Source: an uncultured Verrucomicrobiales bacterium (GTDB lineage: Bacteria; Verrucomicrobiota; Verrucomicrobiia; Verrucomicrobiales; DEV007). From it: a DNA stretch of 64,000 nucleotides. This document shows positions 51,448-61,700 of this stretch, piece by piece. Position 1 is the stretch's first letter, and each line of letters starts with the position of its first letter. The DNA lies in contig CALKOM010000046.1 of the NCBI GenBank assembly GCA_938091905.1, positions 1 to 64,000 on the forward strand, given 5' to 3'. The position numbers and the translations under genes are program-made. The notes below the pieces were generated by a model. It was not told the DNA's origin. It ran no database searches and was given only the letters and a program-made list of their open reading frames with translations.

Positions 51448-52128
51448 TTACTGGGTGACGACGAGGTAGGTAACGACGAGCGTAATCGCTGTGAAGATCA
51501 TGAGGGGAAGCGCGTAGGCGAAACCAAGCTTAAGGCAGCGGGTGAATTCTGTATTGCCCGTGCTTACGACACGCTTCTTAGGTGCGGCTGACTTGGCCGA
51601 GGAGAAGTGGGACAGACGCTCCTCGAAGCGATCGATCTCAGCTTTGGCGTCATCGAGAGCCTTGGTGCCGCGATCGAGCTCTATCTTGAGTTCAGCTTCG
51701 TCCCAGTCATCGGGTTTGACCGTTTTCAAAACTTCGAGATGCTGGCCAAAGACCTCACGCATTTGTCGGAGAAATTCTGACCTGCGCTGAGCATCCTCGG
51801 CCTCTTCCCGCAGTTCGGGGAGGGCATCGGTCAGCAGCTTCACCACGTCGTCCTTGCCTTCCGTGAAGCGTTGGCGCCGGGCGCTTAGTTTCTCGAGCTC
51901 CTCTTTCTGCTGCTCAAGAAGTTCACGCTTTTGCTGGAGTGCAGCGAGTTGCTCCTCAGCGCGGCGCACCTTGTCCTCTACCTCGTCGTGATGATGAGAG
52001 GCAGATCCAGCGACTGCAGTGTCCTGTGCAACTGGCGTCGACTCGATGTTCTTGTAATCTTGGGATTCGTCGAAATTGAGTAAAGTTCCTTCCTTTTCTG
52101 ATGGATACGTAAGATTCTGCATAGTCAC
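51448..52128 (-). CDS. Hypothetical coiled-coil protein with C-terminal TM helix
   Basis: 226-aa ORF, long E/K/Q-rich heptads, hydrophobic tail. Confidence 0.8.
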   Translation of the reverse strand: MTMQNLTYPSEKEGTLLNFDESQDYKNIESTPVAQDTAVAGSASHHHDEVEDKVRRAEEQLAALQQKRELLEQQKEELEKLSARRQRFTEGKDDVVKLLTDALPELREEAEDAQRRSEFLRQMREVFGQHLEVLKTVKPDDWDEAELKIELDRGTKALDDAKAEIDRFEERLSHFSSAKSAAPKKRVVSTGNTEFTRCLKLGFAYALPLMIFTAITLVVTYLVVTQ

Positions 52129-52489
52129 TTGGAGAAGATTAATTCTAGCTAATTAATATTGCAGACATCTTAACTTTCCAAGTCTTTTTAAATGTTTCTT
52201 CAAAATTTTTAAGGTAGATGGCAGGATCTACTATATCTTGAGGTGTTCATTTGCTCCGCCTGCAAGATGTAGGGTTGGCCAGATTTCAGATTGGATACCT
52301 GGCAAGATTGGGATAGGCCAAATACACTTATTTGGGCGCGAAAAAGCGCCAATGAGTGGTCGCAAGCTGCCATCGAATCTGCATCCGGAGACGCAGATTC
52401 TGTAAACGACACACGAGTCCTAACGGTCATCTATCACGCGTTCGTATACCTACGTAGCAGGAGCAGCGAGAATGCGAATCAACCAGACT

Positions 52490-53239
52490 TCAGTCCAACC
52501 GCTTCACGCGAATGTTGCGATACCGGACGAACGCTGTCGTGAAGTCCCCGCCACCGTGGACCTGCAGGGCGATGCCCCCTGTGGCCGGATGACGGACTTT
52601 TTTCTCTTTCCACTCCATGATCTGAACTCCGTTGATCCAAGTGGTGATGTGAGGAGGATTTCCCTCGATGCGTGCACGCAACTCGTTCCACTGATCGGCA
52701 CGCCAAAAGTAAGGCCAGCTTTCTGGATTGATAGGCAAGGCGACATCATGTGCGCCCGTCTTCTTTTCCTCAATTTCGGTGACCTTGTCTTTGAAGTTGT
52801 AGTTTCGCACATGTGGCTGACCCCCGAGTCCTTCGCCATAGATTCCCATGAGGTTTCCGTCCTTGTGATAGTCAATCATGGCCTGCCAGGCTTTTCCATC
52901 TTCAGTGCTACGGAGAAACAGGCCGCTATCAGGGCCGAAGTCATTTTTCATCTCTAACGAAACCTCGAAATCTCCGAATTGCTCATCAGTGATCAGAATG
53001 CCGCCATTCCCTGGAATGTCTTGCGAGCCAGAGATAGCGCCATCTTTGACCACCCAGCGTCCCCCTGACTGATTCTTGCTCGTGCCAGAGTGGCCTGTTT
53101 TTGCACTCACGTGCCAACCATTGAGCGAGTTGCCATCAAAGATAGAAACGAAACCGCCTTCCGAGTCAGCAGCGCAGAGAAAGGGAATGGCAAGCAATGA
53201 TAGCGTGCCGAGAATAGGAATGAGCACCTTTAGTTTCAT
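52490..53239 (-). CDS. DUF1080 (3-keto-disaccharide hydrolase-like) protein
   Basis: IFDGNSLNGW, DSGLFLR, WN, GGIALQVH..YRNI. Confidence 0.88.
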   Translation of the reverse strand: MKLKVLIPILGTLSLLAIPFLCAADSEGGFVSIFDGNSLNGWHVSAKTGHSGTSKNQSGGRWVVKDGAISGSQDIPGNGGILITDEQFGDFEVSLEMKNDFGPDSGLFLRSTEDGKAWQAMIDYHKDGNLMGIYGEGLGGQPHVRNYNFKDKVTEIEEKKTGAHDVALPINPESWPYFWRADQWNELRARIEGNPPHITTWINGVQIMEWKEKKVRHPATGGIALQVHGGGDFTTAFVRYRNIRVKRLD

Positions 53240-53366
53240 GGGAAGATGGTGATATGGAGAGTTCGTTTCGGTCGACAACAATTCCTATGCACTCATTTGA
53301 TTGGCCCGGTTTACAATTGTCCCGAGGTCTTGTACTCGCGCGGTGTGTCTGCGTCGCTATGGATAC

Positions 53367-53705
53367 ATGATGGAACTTCTACACATCGGGATAAAAGGAA
53401 CGGTGGTCGCACTGGAGCGTCACACGGGTCAATTGGTTTGGGAATCACGGCTCAAAGGCTCTGGGTTTGTCAATGTCACCATAGAAGGTGATGTGATCCT
53501 CGGTGCAACCCGAGGAGAGCTCTGGGGGCTTGATCCAAACGACGGTCGGATACTTTGGCACAATGGGCTTCCAGGCAAAGGGTATGGCTATGTCTCGTTT
53601 GCCTCGTCTTCAGACAAGAACATTGCGGCGATCACGGCAGCGATCCAAGCGCAGCAGCAAAGTGCTCAAAGCGCTGCGGGATCAGGCGCCGTTCATTCTG
53701 GATAA
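53367..53705 (+). CDS. Small PQQ-like beta-propeller-repeat protein
   Basis: VVALERHTGQLVW and LWGLDPNDGRILW repeats. Confidence 0.75.
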   Translation: MMELLHIGIKGTVVALERHTGQLVWESRLKGSGFVNVTIEGDVILGATRGELWGLDPNDGRILWHNGLPGKGYGYVSFASSSDKNIAAITAAIQAQQQSAQSAAGSGAVHSG

Positions 53706-55058
53706 TTCGGTCATCGGCGTATCGCTATCGCCGAACTGCTCTGCTGGGATGCCTAGTTGCTGAAGCGTGAACAAGTGATAGTTTGATAGGCTGAACTGCT
53801 CTTCGAAGCGGATCTGACGCCCTGGTTGAATCGCGCCTGCACCGCCGCCTGCGAAGAGGAGGGGAAGGTCTTCTTCCCCATGGGTGTGTCCATCACCAAG
53901 GCTGGAGCCATAGAGCAGCATGGTATTGTCTAACAAGCTACCTTCGCCATCGTTGAGTTCCTTCATGCGACCGAGAAGGTAGGCGACCTGCTCGTGATGC
54001 CAGCGATTGACAGCGCAATACATGCTGTGCTTGCTATCGAGTGATTTCCACGAGGTTTTGCCATCGTCATCCTCGGTCTTTCCGCTCACGTCACGATAAT
54101 GCGAGAGCGCGTGCCACGTGCCCTCCACGCCATCAATGAAATTGAAGTAGCGATTGCTCTGCCCGTGGTCGAGCATCAGGCTGCTCACGCGGGTAGCACC
54201 TGACCAGAAGGCTAGGGCCATCATATCGAGCAGTTGATGCACGTATTCTTGGTGATTGCTGGGAATGCCTGCCTCCGGGCGCTGCAGCGTGTCTGTGAGA
54301 ACGCCTTCTTCAGACGCGCGTTGGCTTTGTGCTTCAGCGAATTCCATGCGCTTCTCCACCTCGCGGACAGATTCTAGATACTCGTCGATCTTCTGTTTGT
54401 CTGCGATGCTTACCTTGGTCTTCAACGTCCTGGCGTGGCCTAACACCAGGTCGAGAACGCTCTTGTCGGTCATACCCTCTTCTGGCTTTCGAAACATGCG
54501 ATCGAAGATCATGCGAGGAACCGTTTCGCGACTCATAGGCACATTGCTAGAAGTCCAGGAGATGGTGTTACGGGGAAGATCGTTTGAGAAATAACCCTCG
54601 CCTTGGGTTCCCAGCTCAAGTGAGGGAAGAGGAGTGTCTTGCCCCACGTGTTTGGCTGCGATCTGATCAACGGACATGCCGCCAGCGTCGATCCTACGTC
54701 CATCGTAGCCTCCGCCCGTGAGCCAAGTGGCGGTGCCCGCGCCATGTCCATTGCCACGAGGTGTCCACATGTTTTCCGGAATGAGGATGTCCTCTTTGAA
54801 CGGTTCTAGCGGCTTCATCCACGGGCTCAGCTCCTGCAATTGCCCGCCCGCAGAAACACGTTGTGGTTGCCAAGAGCCTTTAGCCACGCCGTTAGGAAAG
54901 TAGAGGTAGCCGACCTTGAGCTTCTTGCGGGCGGCATTGAGTACGGCTGCCTTCGAAGTTGTGGGCTCCATCACTTCGAGGAATGGGAGCGCCAGTGAAG
55001 CTCCAAGACCACGCAACATCGTGCGACGAGTGAGATGCCAGGAACGGGAGGAGTTCAT
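53682..55058 (-). CDS. DUF1552 domain protein (Tat signal)
   Basis: TRRTMLRGLGASLALPFLE, YFPNG, SVDQIAA, SLELG, LDNT..YGS. Confidence 0.9.
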   Translation of the reverse strand: MNSSRSWHLTRRTMLRGLGASLALPFLEVMEPTTSKAAVLNAARKKLKVGYLYFPNGVAKGSWQPQRVSAGGQLQELSPWMKPLEPFKEDILIPENMWTPRGNGHGAGTATWLTGGGYDGRRIDAGGMSVDQIAAKHVGQDTPLPSLELGTQGEGYFSNDLPRNTISWTSSNVPMSRETVPRMIFDRMFRKPEEGMTDKSVLDLVLGHARTLKTKVSIADKQKIDEYLESVREVEKRMEFAEAQSQRASEEGVLTDTLQRPEAGIPSNHQEYVHQLLDMMALAFWSGATRVSSLMLDHGQSNRYFNFIDGVEGTWHALSHYRDVSGKTEDDDGKTSWKSLDSKHSMYCAVNRWHHEQVAYLLGRMKELNDGEGSLLDNTMLLYGSSLGDGHTHGEEDLPLLFAGGGAGAIQPGRQIRFEEQFSLSNYHLFTLQQLGIPAEQFGDSDTPMTELSRMNGA

Positions 55059-55061
55059 CAG

Positions 55062-55637
55062 TTAAGCTATGTTGTTGAAATGGATGTCAATGCAGACTTG
55101 CGCGACTGGCATTTGGAATTCAATCGAAGGAAGAACAAGATTGGCAGTAGAACTAAGGGCTTCAGACTGCCAATCGGTTGTCTTGCGTAAAACTGTCACA
55201 GCAGATTCTTGATGATCAACCAGCACATAGTCTTCTAGCGATGCGGTCTCGGCGTAGGCCCAGAACTTTTCCTGGCGATCAATGCGCTCTGTTGTCGGAG
55301 ATAGCACTTCGATGATAACTTTTGGCTCGGTCGTGTAGGAATCGTCTTCAACTGCGGTTGAATCGCATTCTACCACGATGTCAGGATAGTAGAAGAGCGT
55401 CTCGTTGCTTCTTTGGATGCCCAATTTGAGATCGCCCAGGAACGGGCGGCAGGGCCCACCGTGTAGTTTGCCATGAATGGCAGTGAACAGATTGCCTGCG
55501 ATGGTGTTTTGGCGGCGAGATATGCCTTCCATTGTCACCACACAGCCAGTAAAGTACTCATGACCCACTTCAGCGTGTTTCTCATCCGCCAAGTAGTCGG
55601 CGACCGAAATGAGTGCGACTGCTTCAGCGTTAGCCAT
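55062..55637 (-). CDS. Uma2-family endonuclease
   Basis: HEY..G, YPDIVV.C, P.VIIEVLSPTTERIDR.EK..Y..L.YVLV. Confidence 0.88.
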   Translation of the reverse strand: MANAEAVALISVADYLADEKHAEVGHEYFTGCVVTMEGISRRQNTIAGNLFTAIHGKLHGGPCRPFLGDLKLGIQRSNETLFYYPDIVVECDSTAVEDDSYTTEPKVIIEVLSPTTERIDRQEKFWAYAETASLEDYVLVDHQESAVTVLRKTTDWQSEALSSTANLVLPSIEFQMPVAQVCIDIHFNNIA

Positions 55638-55721
55638 GAGGGGAAGGTAACAATTGTTTATAAAGTTTCAATGAAAGCCGGTCTCAAGTAGCCGCGCATT
55701 CTAATCGCCAGTCGTTGCAGG

Positions 55722-58700
55722 CTAGTTTGTGTCGGGCAATCGCTTCCACTGAAACGGGTAACTATTGACGATCTCGCTGATCAGGGTGTGGAAACGATAG
55801 TTGTCTTGTTGAACAGCGGCGTGGATTTGTTGAACAGCCAGCTCATCGTAGTATTCTAACTGACGTCCGAGACCAAAACTGAGCATTTTGCGTGTAAGCT
55901 GTCTTGTGAGGTCATCGAGCCGTCGCTCGATGAGAACATTACGGAGCCCGTCTAGACCTACAAACTTACGACCGTTTGGTAATTGGCCCTCAGAGTCGAT
56001 TGGTCTGTCTCGATGTTCCTCGCGATATCGACCAAACCAATCGTAGTTCTCAAGAGAGAAACCTAACGGATCAATCTTGGCATGGCAGCCCGCGCATTGA
56101 GGAGAGCCACGATGGATCTCTAACTTTTCCTTTAAGGTGAGTTCTCGTTCGCGAGCAACCTCCTCATCTAGCTCCCCTGCGTCGGGAGGTGGAGGCGGAG
56201 GAGGTGTTCCGAGCACATCATCTAGAATATACTTTCCTCGGACGACAGGGCTTGTGCGGCCGGGAAAGGAGGTCACTGCGAGCACACTAGCTTGTCCGAA
56301 GATGCCGCCTCGGCGCGGATCGTTGAGAGTCACACGACGCATGTGATCACCGTGCACACCGCCAATGCGATAATGTCGGGCAAGTTCTTGATTGAGGTAA
56401 GTGTAATTCGCATTGATCAGGTTGTGAATGGGGCGGTTCTCCTCGATCAATGAGTGGATGAACATGGAGGATTCATTACGCATCGCTGTCATGAGTGAAT
56501 CGGTGCACCAAGGGTTGTCGATGGGGTCGAGGCGAACACGTGTGCCCACGTGTTCGAACTTGAGCCATTGAGAGGCAAACTCATGACCGAGCGCGTGGGA
56601 ACGTTCGTCACGAAGCATGCGCTGCAACTGTTTACCTAGGATGTTCTCATCCCTCAAGGTGCCTGCGTCTGCGAGATCGAGTAAGGTGTTATCTGGAGTG
56701 GACGCCCAGAGGAAATAGGAGAGACGGCTAGCAAATTCTAAATCCGTAATCTGATGATCCTCGGAGTTGGTGGGGGCGTTCTCGATGCGATAGAGAAAGT
56801 TAGGAGAAATAAGGGCAAAGATGACCGCGGGTGGAATGGACTCTTGGTGGGAGGCGCCCGAACTCTTGGCAGTCTCGTAGCGGATGAAGAGCTCGGCGAC
56901 TTCATCATTGCTTGGTGGACGGCGGTAAGCTTGCCGGAGGAAAGTATGAAAGAGCTTTTTAGGGGCAGTCTCTTTGGCTAGTTCCCATTGCGGCATGGCT
57001 GCAGTGACGACCTCTTCTGCGGCCCCAATGTAGCGCTCTAGTAGCGTGGGCTGAATAAACAGGGTATTGGCACTATTTGCGAAGCCACTCAGGCCGCTAA
57101 GATCACTTGGAAACTTGTCGGCAGGCTTAAGATCAATGCCAAAGAGATCGCGGAGTGTGTTGTTGTATTCCGTGTGAGAAAGACGACGCGCGCGTTCGTA
57201 TCCGGGGTTCTTAACGGAGGTGTAGTCAAAGTCGATGACTTCTCTGTTGATCCAGTCTACCAAGGCCTGGCGCTCCTCATCCGTTGGCTGAGGCTCGTCT
57301 TCTGGAGGCATCTCGCCACTCTTGATCCGCTCAAGCACATTGACCCAAAGATCTCGGCTCTTGACCAGGGGTGATTCGCTTAGGCCTGTCTCAATGTCGA
57401 GATCACCCTTGCTAACGGAAGCATCATGACACTCGAGGCAATGCTTTTCAAGGAGGTCGGTCACGTGAGCGCGTTGCGCTGCATGATCGACCTCAACCTG
57501 CTTTGGGGGCATAATTTCCTTTTCTCGAAGATCAGGCACTGCTGAGGTTTGATCCTTCGTCCCGCCTAACTGATGGATCGTGTTATGGAGAATACGCTCG
57601 ACCATCTTGCCCTGAGTGTCGGTAACTTGGATTTTGACTTCCATGCACCACGTGGTGTCGATCTCCGGTATGCTTAGAAAGACGGACTTTCCATCGTCGG
57701 AGACTGTTGCTTGAGCAACCTCCAGCGGCTTCTCGTCATAGTGCCTTGAGCCGTAATTTTTCGTGCGTTTAAGGCTCCATGTCTTGATCTCGTAACTGTC
57801 GATCTTGGCCGCGGCCTCTCTGTCGAGAGCATTACTAAACCCTAACTGAATACCTTCCGGTGTTGCTTTTAGATCGATAGGCAAGTTCATGGCCTTGCCG
57901 GTAGCTCGGATGCGATAAAATCCGCCGTCTTGGTGCTTGCTCCCTGCCCAGGCAAACATGCCTGTAGTGTAAAGTTGCCCATTGTCAGGGTGAAAACGTC
58001 CGCGCATGATTCCGGTAGGGAAATCGAGCCCAAGACTGACCATGCCTCCCTGTGCTTGGCCGTCAGGCATCTTCTCGTGAGGCACGGCAAAGACCTTGCC
58101 CGTTCCATAGCTGAGGTTAAGGAGCTTCCCATTCATGGGGCCCCAGTTCGCATCCTTTGGAACCCAGAGGAGTTCGCCGGGGCTACGATCAAACGCATTG
58201 GTGATCCAACAGAGCGGCTGTTCCATAGCCTCATCACTGTTATCCGTAACATCGTGGTAGCCATACATATTGCCGTAGAATCCGCCCTCTTTGACGTAGT
58301 TGATTCGGTTTTTCGGATTCCAATGGCCTTCTTGGTCGGTCACAATGTAGGTGCCGTCAGGATTAAGGCAGACGCCATTGGCAGCGCGAAAACCGGTGGC
58401 CAAGATCTCAGTCGTAGATCCATCCTTGCTCACCCGCAACAGCGTGCCGTGATGGGGCACGAGCGCCGTCTTGGCATGACGTGCAGACTTGGCGTAGTAG
58501 AAATTACCCGCGTCGTCGGTCTGCAAGCCCATGGCAAACTCGTGGAAATGCTCAGTAACTTGGTGGTCGTTGTTGAAGCTTTCCACATAGTCGATTTCTT
58601 CGTCGCCATTCAAGTCGTGCAGCTTGGCTAACTGATCGCGGCAGGTGACGTAGATGTGGCCGTCGACCCATTTCACCCCGAGTGGTTGGAACAGCCCGCT

Positions 58701-61700
58701 ACAAATGCGTTTCCATCGATGCTGTTTGAAATCACCGCCAATGTCATCGACAAGCCAGACGTCACCTAACCAAGTGGCGACGGCGGCACGATTACCGCCA
58801 GGAAGGAAATCGAAACCGCCGATGCGCATCCAACTATGGTAGGGGTTTTCACTTGGATACGTGATCTCGTCGACGGCAAAAGCGTCCTCATCATTGCCCA
58901 TCTTGGCTTCTGTCGTGACGGTTTCCGTCCAGTGAGCGGGACCTCCCTCCGTGTAAGCGGTGAGGTCTTCGGGATCTGCCGCCAATAGGGAAGCGATGAC
59001 CAAACTATGGGCTTCGGCCTTGGTCGACAGGACATTCACCTTCATTGGGGTATCCTTGGCCAGGACTGTCATGACCTGATAGCCATCGATCACGGCAACC
59101 GTGGCCGTGCCTCCAACGACTTGCGCGGTGACATCCGCTGGCGATACACGTAGATGAAGATTTTTGCTAGACTGGCCGATGTTCATCGTACGAGCGAAGA
59201 CGGGATGCTCCCCACGCTGAACAAGGCTCGGCATTTCTAGCACTTCAGCATCGCCGACCGTGTATTTGATTACGATCTTGTTACCGTGGATATACTGACC
59301 TTTAAAATGCGTCCATTCGCGGGGAAGGGGCCCGTAGGGTTTGCCGTCGCGTCCCAGGAAGCGTGGGTCTGCCCAGGAGCCGTCGGCGGGATTTGCCCAT
59401 CCAGGACCCACGGGGTTGACCAAGGTTTTCTCACCGACAATGCTGGTGTGCGTGCCATGCGATTGGTCGAAAGCAATGCCTTTCCAGTCGACAAATTTAT
59501 CGCCAGACCAAGCTGCCGCCACGCGCATGGTGTCATGGTCATAAACCATCCAATGCCGCCCCTTGCTGACACCGCCAGGCCCATCGTCTAACCGAATGGC
59601 GATCGCCTTGTAAGCGATGTTGCCAGGCGCGACTTGGTAAGTCCAATCCAGCATCGGTCCAAAGTTCATCCGCTCATATTTCGGTCCCTTCGCGTAGTCG
59701 ACCTGTTCCTTAGTCAGCTTGCCTTGGGAACTCATGCCCTTGGGAAGACGATCAAGGTATTCGGGAGTGAGTTCGACATACTCGGAGGCGTTGTTTGTCT
59801 TCACAAACTCTTCGCGGATGTAGTGAATGACGTCATAGGCAGCCGATGGGGTGAGCCATGGCTGAGGGGGCATTTGCTCAAAGCCGTTTCTCATTGTTAG
59901 GTAGAGGCTGTGCGGATCCTTGCCGTTCTTGAAAGGCTCTTTCCAAAACGGCCGGGACGTCGGTAAGGAGCCCGCCTTTTCCAAATTGCCGTGGCAAGCA
60001 AAGCAGATGCCTTGGTAAATCTTCTCGCCTCGTTTAAAGGCGTTGTTGTCCCACGCGGTGAGAATGCTAGCGTGGTCGACCTCGGCCAATGGCCTCATGG
60101 TCACGTTGGCGAAACGAACCTTCCCCATATCGGCTTGCAATCGCAGTGGTGTGCCGGCCTCTGGTTGGTCTCCGACTGTATCGGTATTGTTTTGGTTCCA
60201 CTCAAAGACGGGTTCTGCGCGTTCGATAGGCTCGCTTGAGCCGGTGAGCTCGACGTCCTGATCGCTGATCGCTTCGTTGAAGAACTGGAAGCTCGCAATC
60301 TGGCCGTGCCAGTGCAAGGCGTCGTCTGGGAAGTCATTCGCTCCAGCGCCGATACGAAGGACGCTCCCTTCGTTGTCGGGAGCGGTGAAGTCGTCATCCT
60401 CAGCGAGTTTCTCTCCATCGAGATAGATCTCGGCATGGCCTTCTCGATGTCGGAGTGCGACGGTGTGCCACTGGCCATTGTTAACGCGATCGTTTATTTC
60501 GGTGCCGATGGCACCGACCCAGCCAATGTCATAGTGTAATTGCCCCCCGTCGATGAAGAGAATCTTGTCACCTTCGCGATGTTTCCCATCTGAGCTCAGT
60601 TTACTGAAGAGCGGCCCTGACTCTTCGGTGCGGAATCGCATCACAGCGGTAAAATCGTCGCCCATGTCACATTGCTTGCCCTGTTCTTCCGTTGAAATGA
60701 ACTGAGCCGCTGCGGCTGGTTCATCGTCACTATCAGACTCGTCAGGGAAGCCATACACTGTTGGTTCTTCCACTCTCACGCGCTCGTGAATCTGTGTCCC
60801 ATTAAGCCAGACAGAAAGATCCGCCGCAGTTTCGTTCACATGTTGTACGGCCACTTGGAGGGATTGCCATTCACCAACCTTGCCGCTTGCCTGGGTGCTT
60901 GGCTTGGCGATCCCCGGAATCGCCCCACACTGGTTCGTCGTGTCTAGCTGTATCTTCCATTTGCCATCAATGTAGACGCCACTCGTTGACCGTCTGTCAG
61001 GCAGTAGGAAGTCGACGTGGAAGACAGCGTCTTCAAACGAACGTTCCGAAATCACATCACCGTACCCGGGCTGTGCGATCAACACCTTGTCGGTCTTGTT
61101 CCAACGGGCCTCCCGATATTGAGGGCCGCCTGAGGTGGTGTCAGCCACTGCGTCAACGTCGATTACTGCTGGGGGCATGCTAGGATCCCAGTGTCGCCAT
61201 TCGTTGATGGGCTCTTCATCCGAAGCCAACACATGGGATGGAGGAGCAGGAAAAGAGCGCGTTTCAACTTCTGTCGATGGCGCCTTCTTAAGAGTCCACT
61301 GGCAGGCGTTCAGAAGCAGGCTGACAAAAGCTTTATTCGCGAAATCGGCCTCTGAACCCATGGAAGTGTAGAAGCGATGGTGCCCCATCGTCCAAGCCAG
61401 CGGCTCGGCCGGTTCCTCTCCCACGTTGCCAAACACAAGAGGAGTGGTGTCATCGGACAAGGGCAGGGTGTGGTAGATCCCATCTTTGCCAGCAGAGAAA
61501 TGTTTCGGCACACCTGCTAGAATTGGATGACTCTGTAATTCGGTTGCGACAAGGGCCCTACAAGCTTCCTTCTGTCCTGTATGACGTTTGAAATGCCCGC
61601 CAAAGTGCGACACGAACCAACCTGACTGATCGGCAATCCCGTGACTCGTTGTGCGCAGGGCAACCGCAGGTTTGCCAGCGTCCAAGTAGGCATTCAGTTG

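Noticed and set aside
57930..58631. 233-aa plus-strand ORF and similar long overlapping ORFs
   Set aside because: Antisense shadows of well-supported genes.
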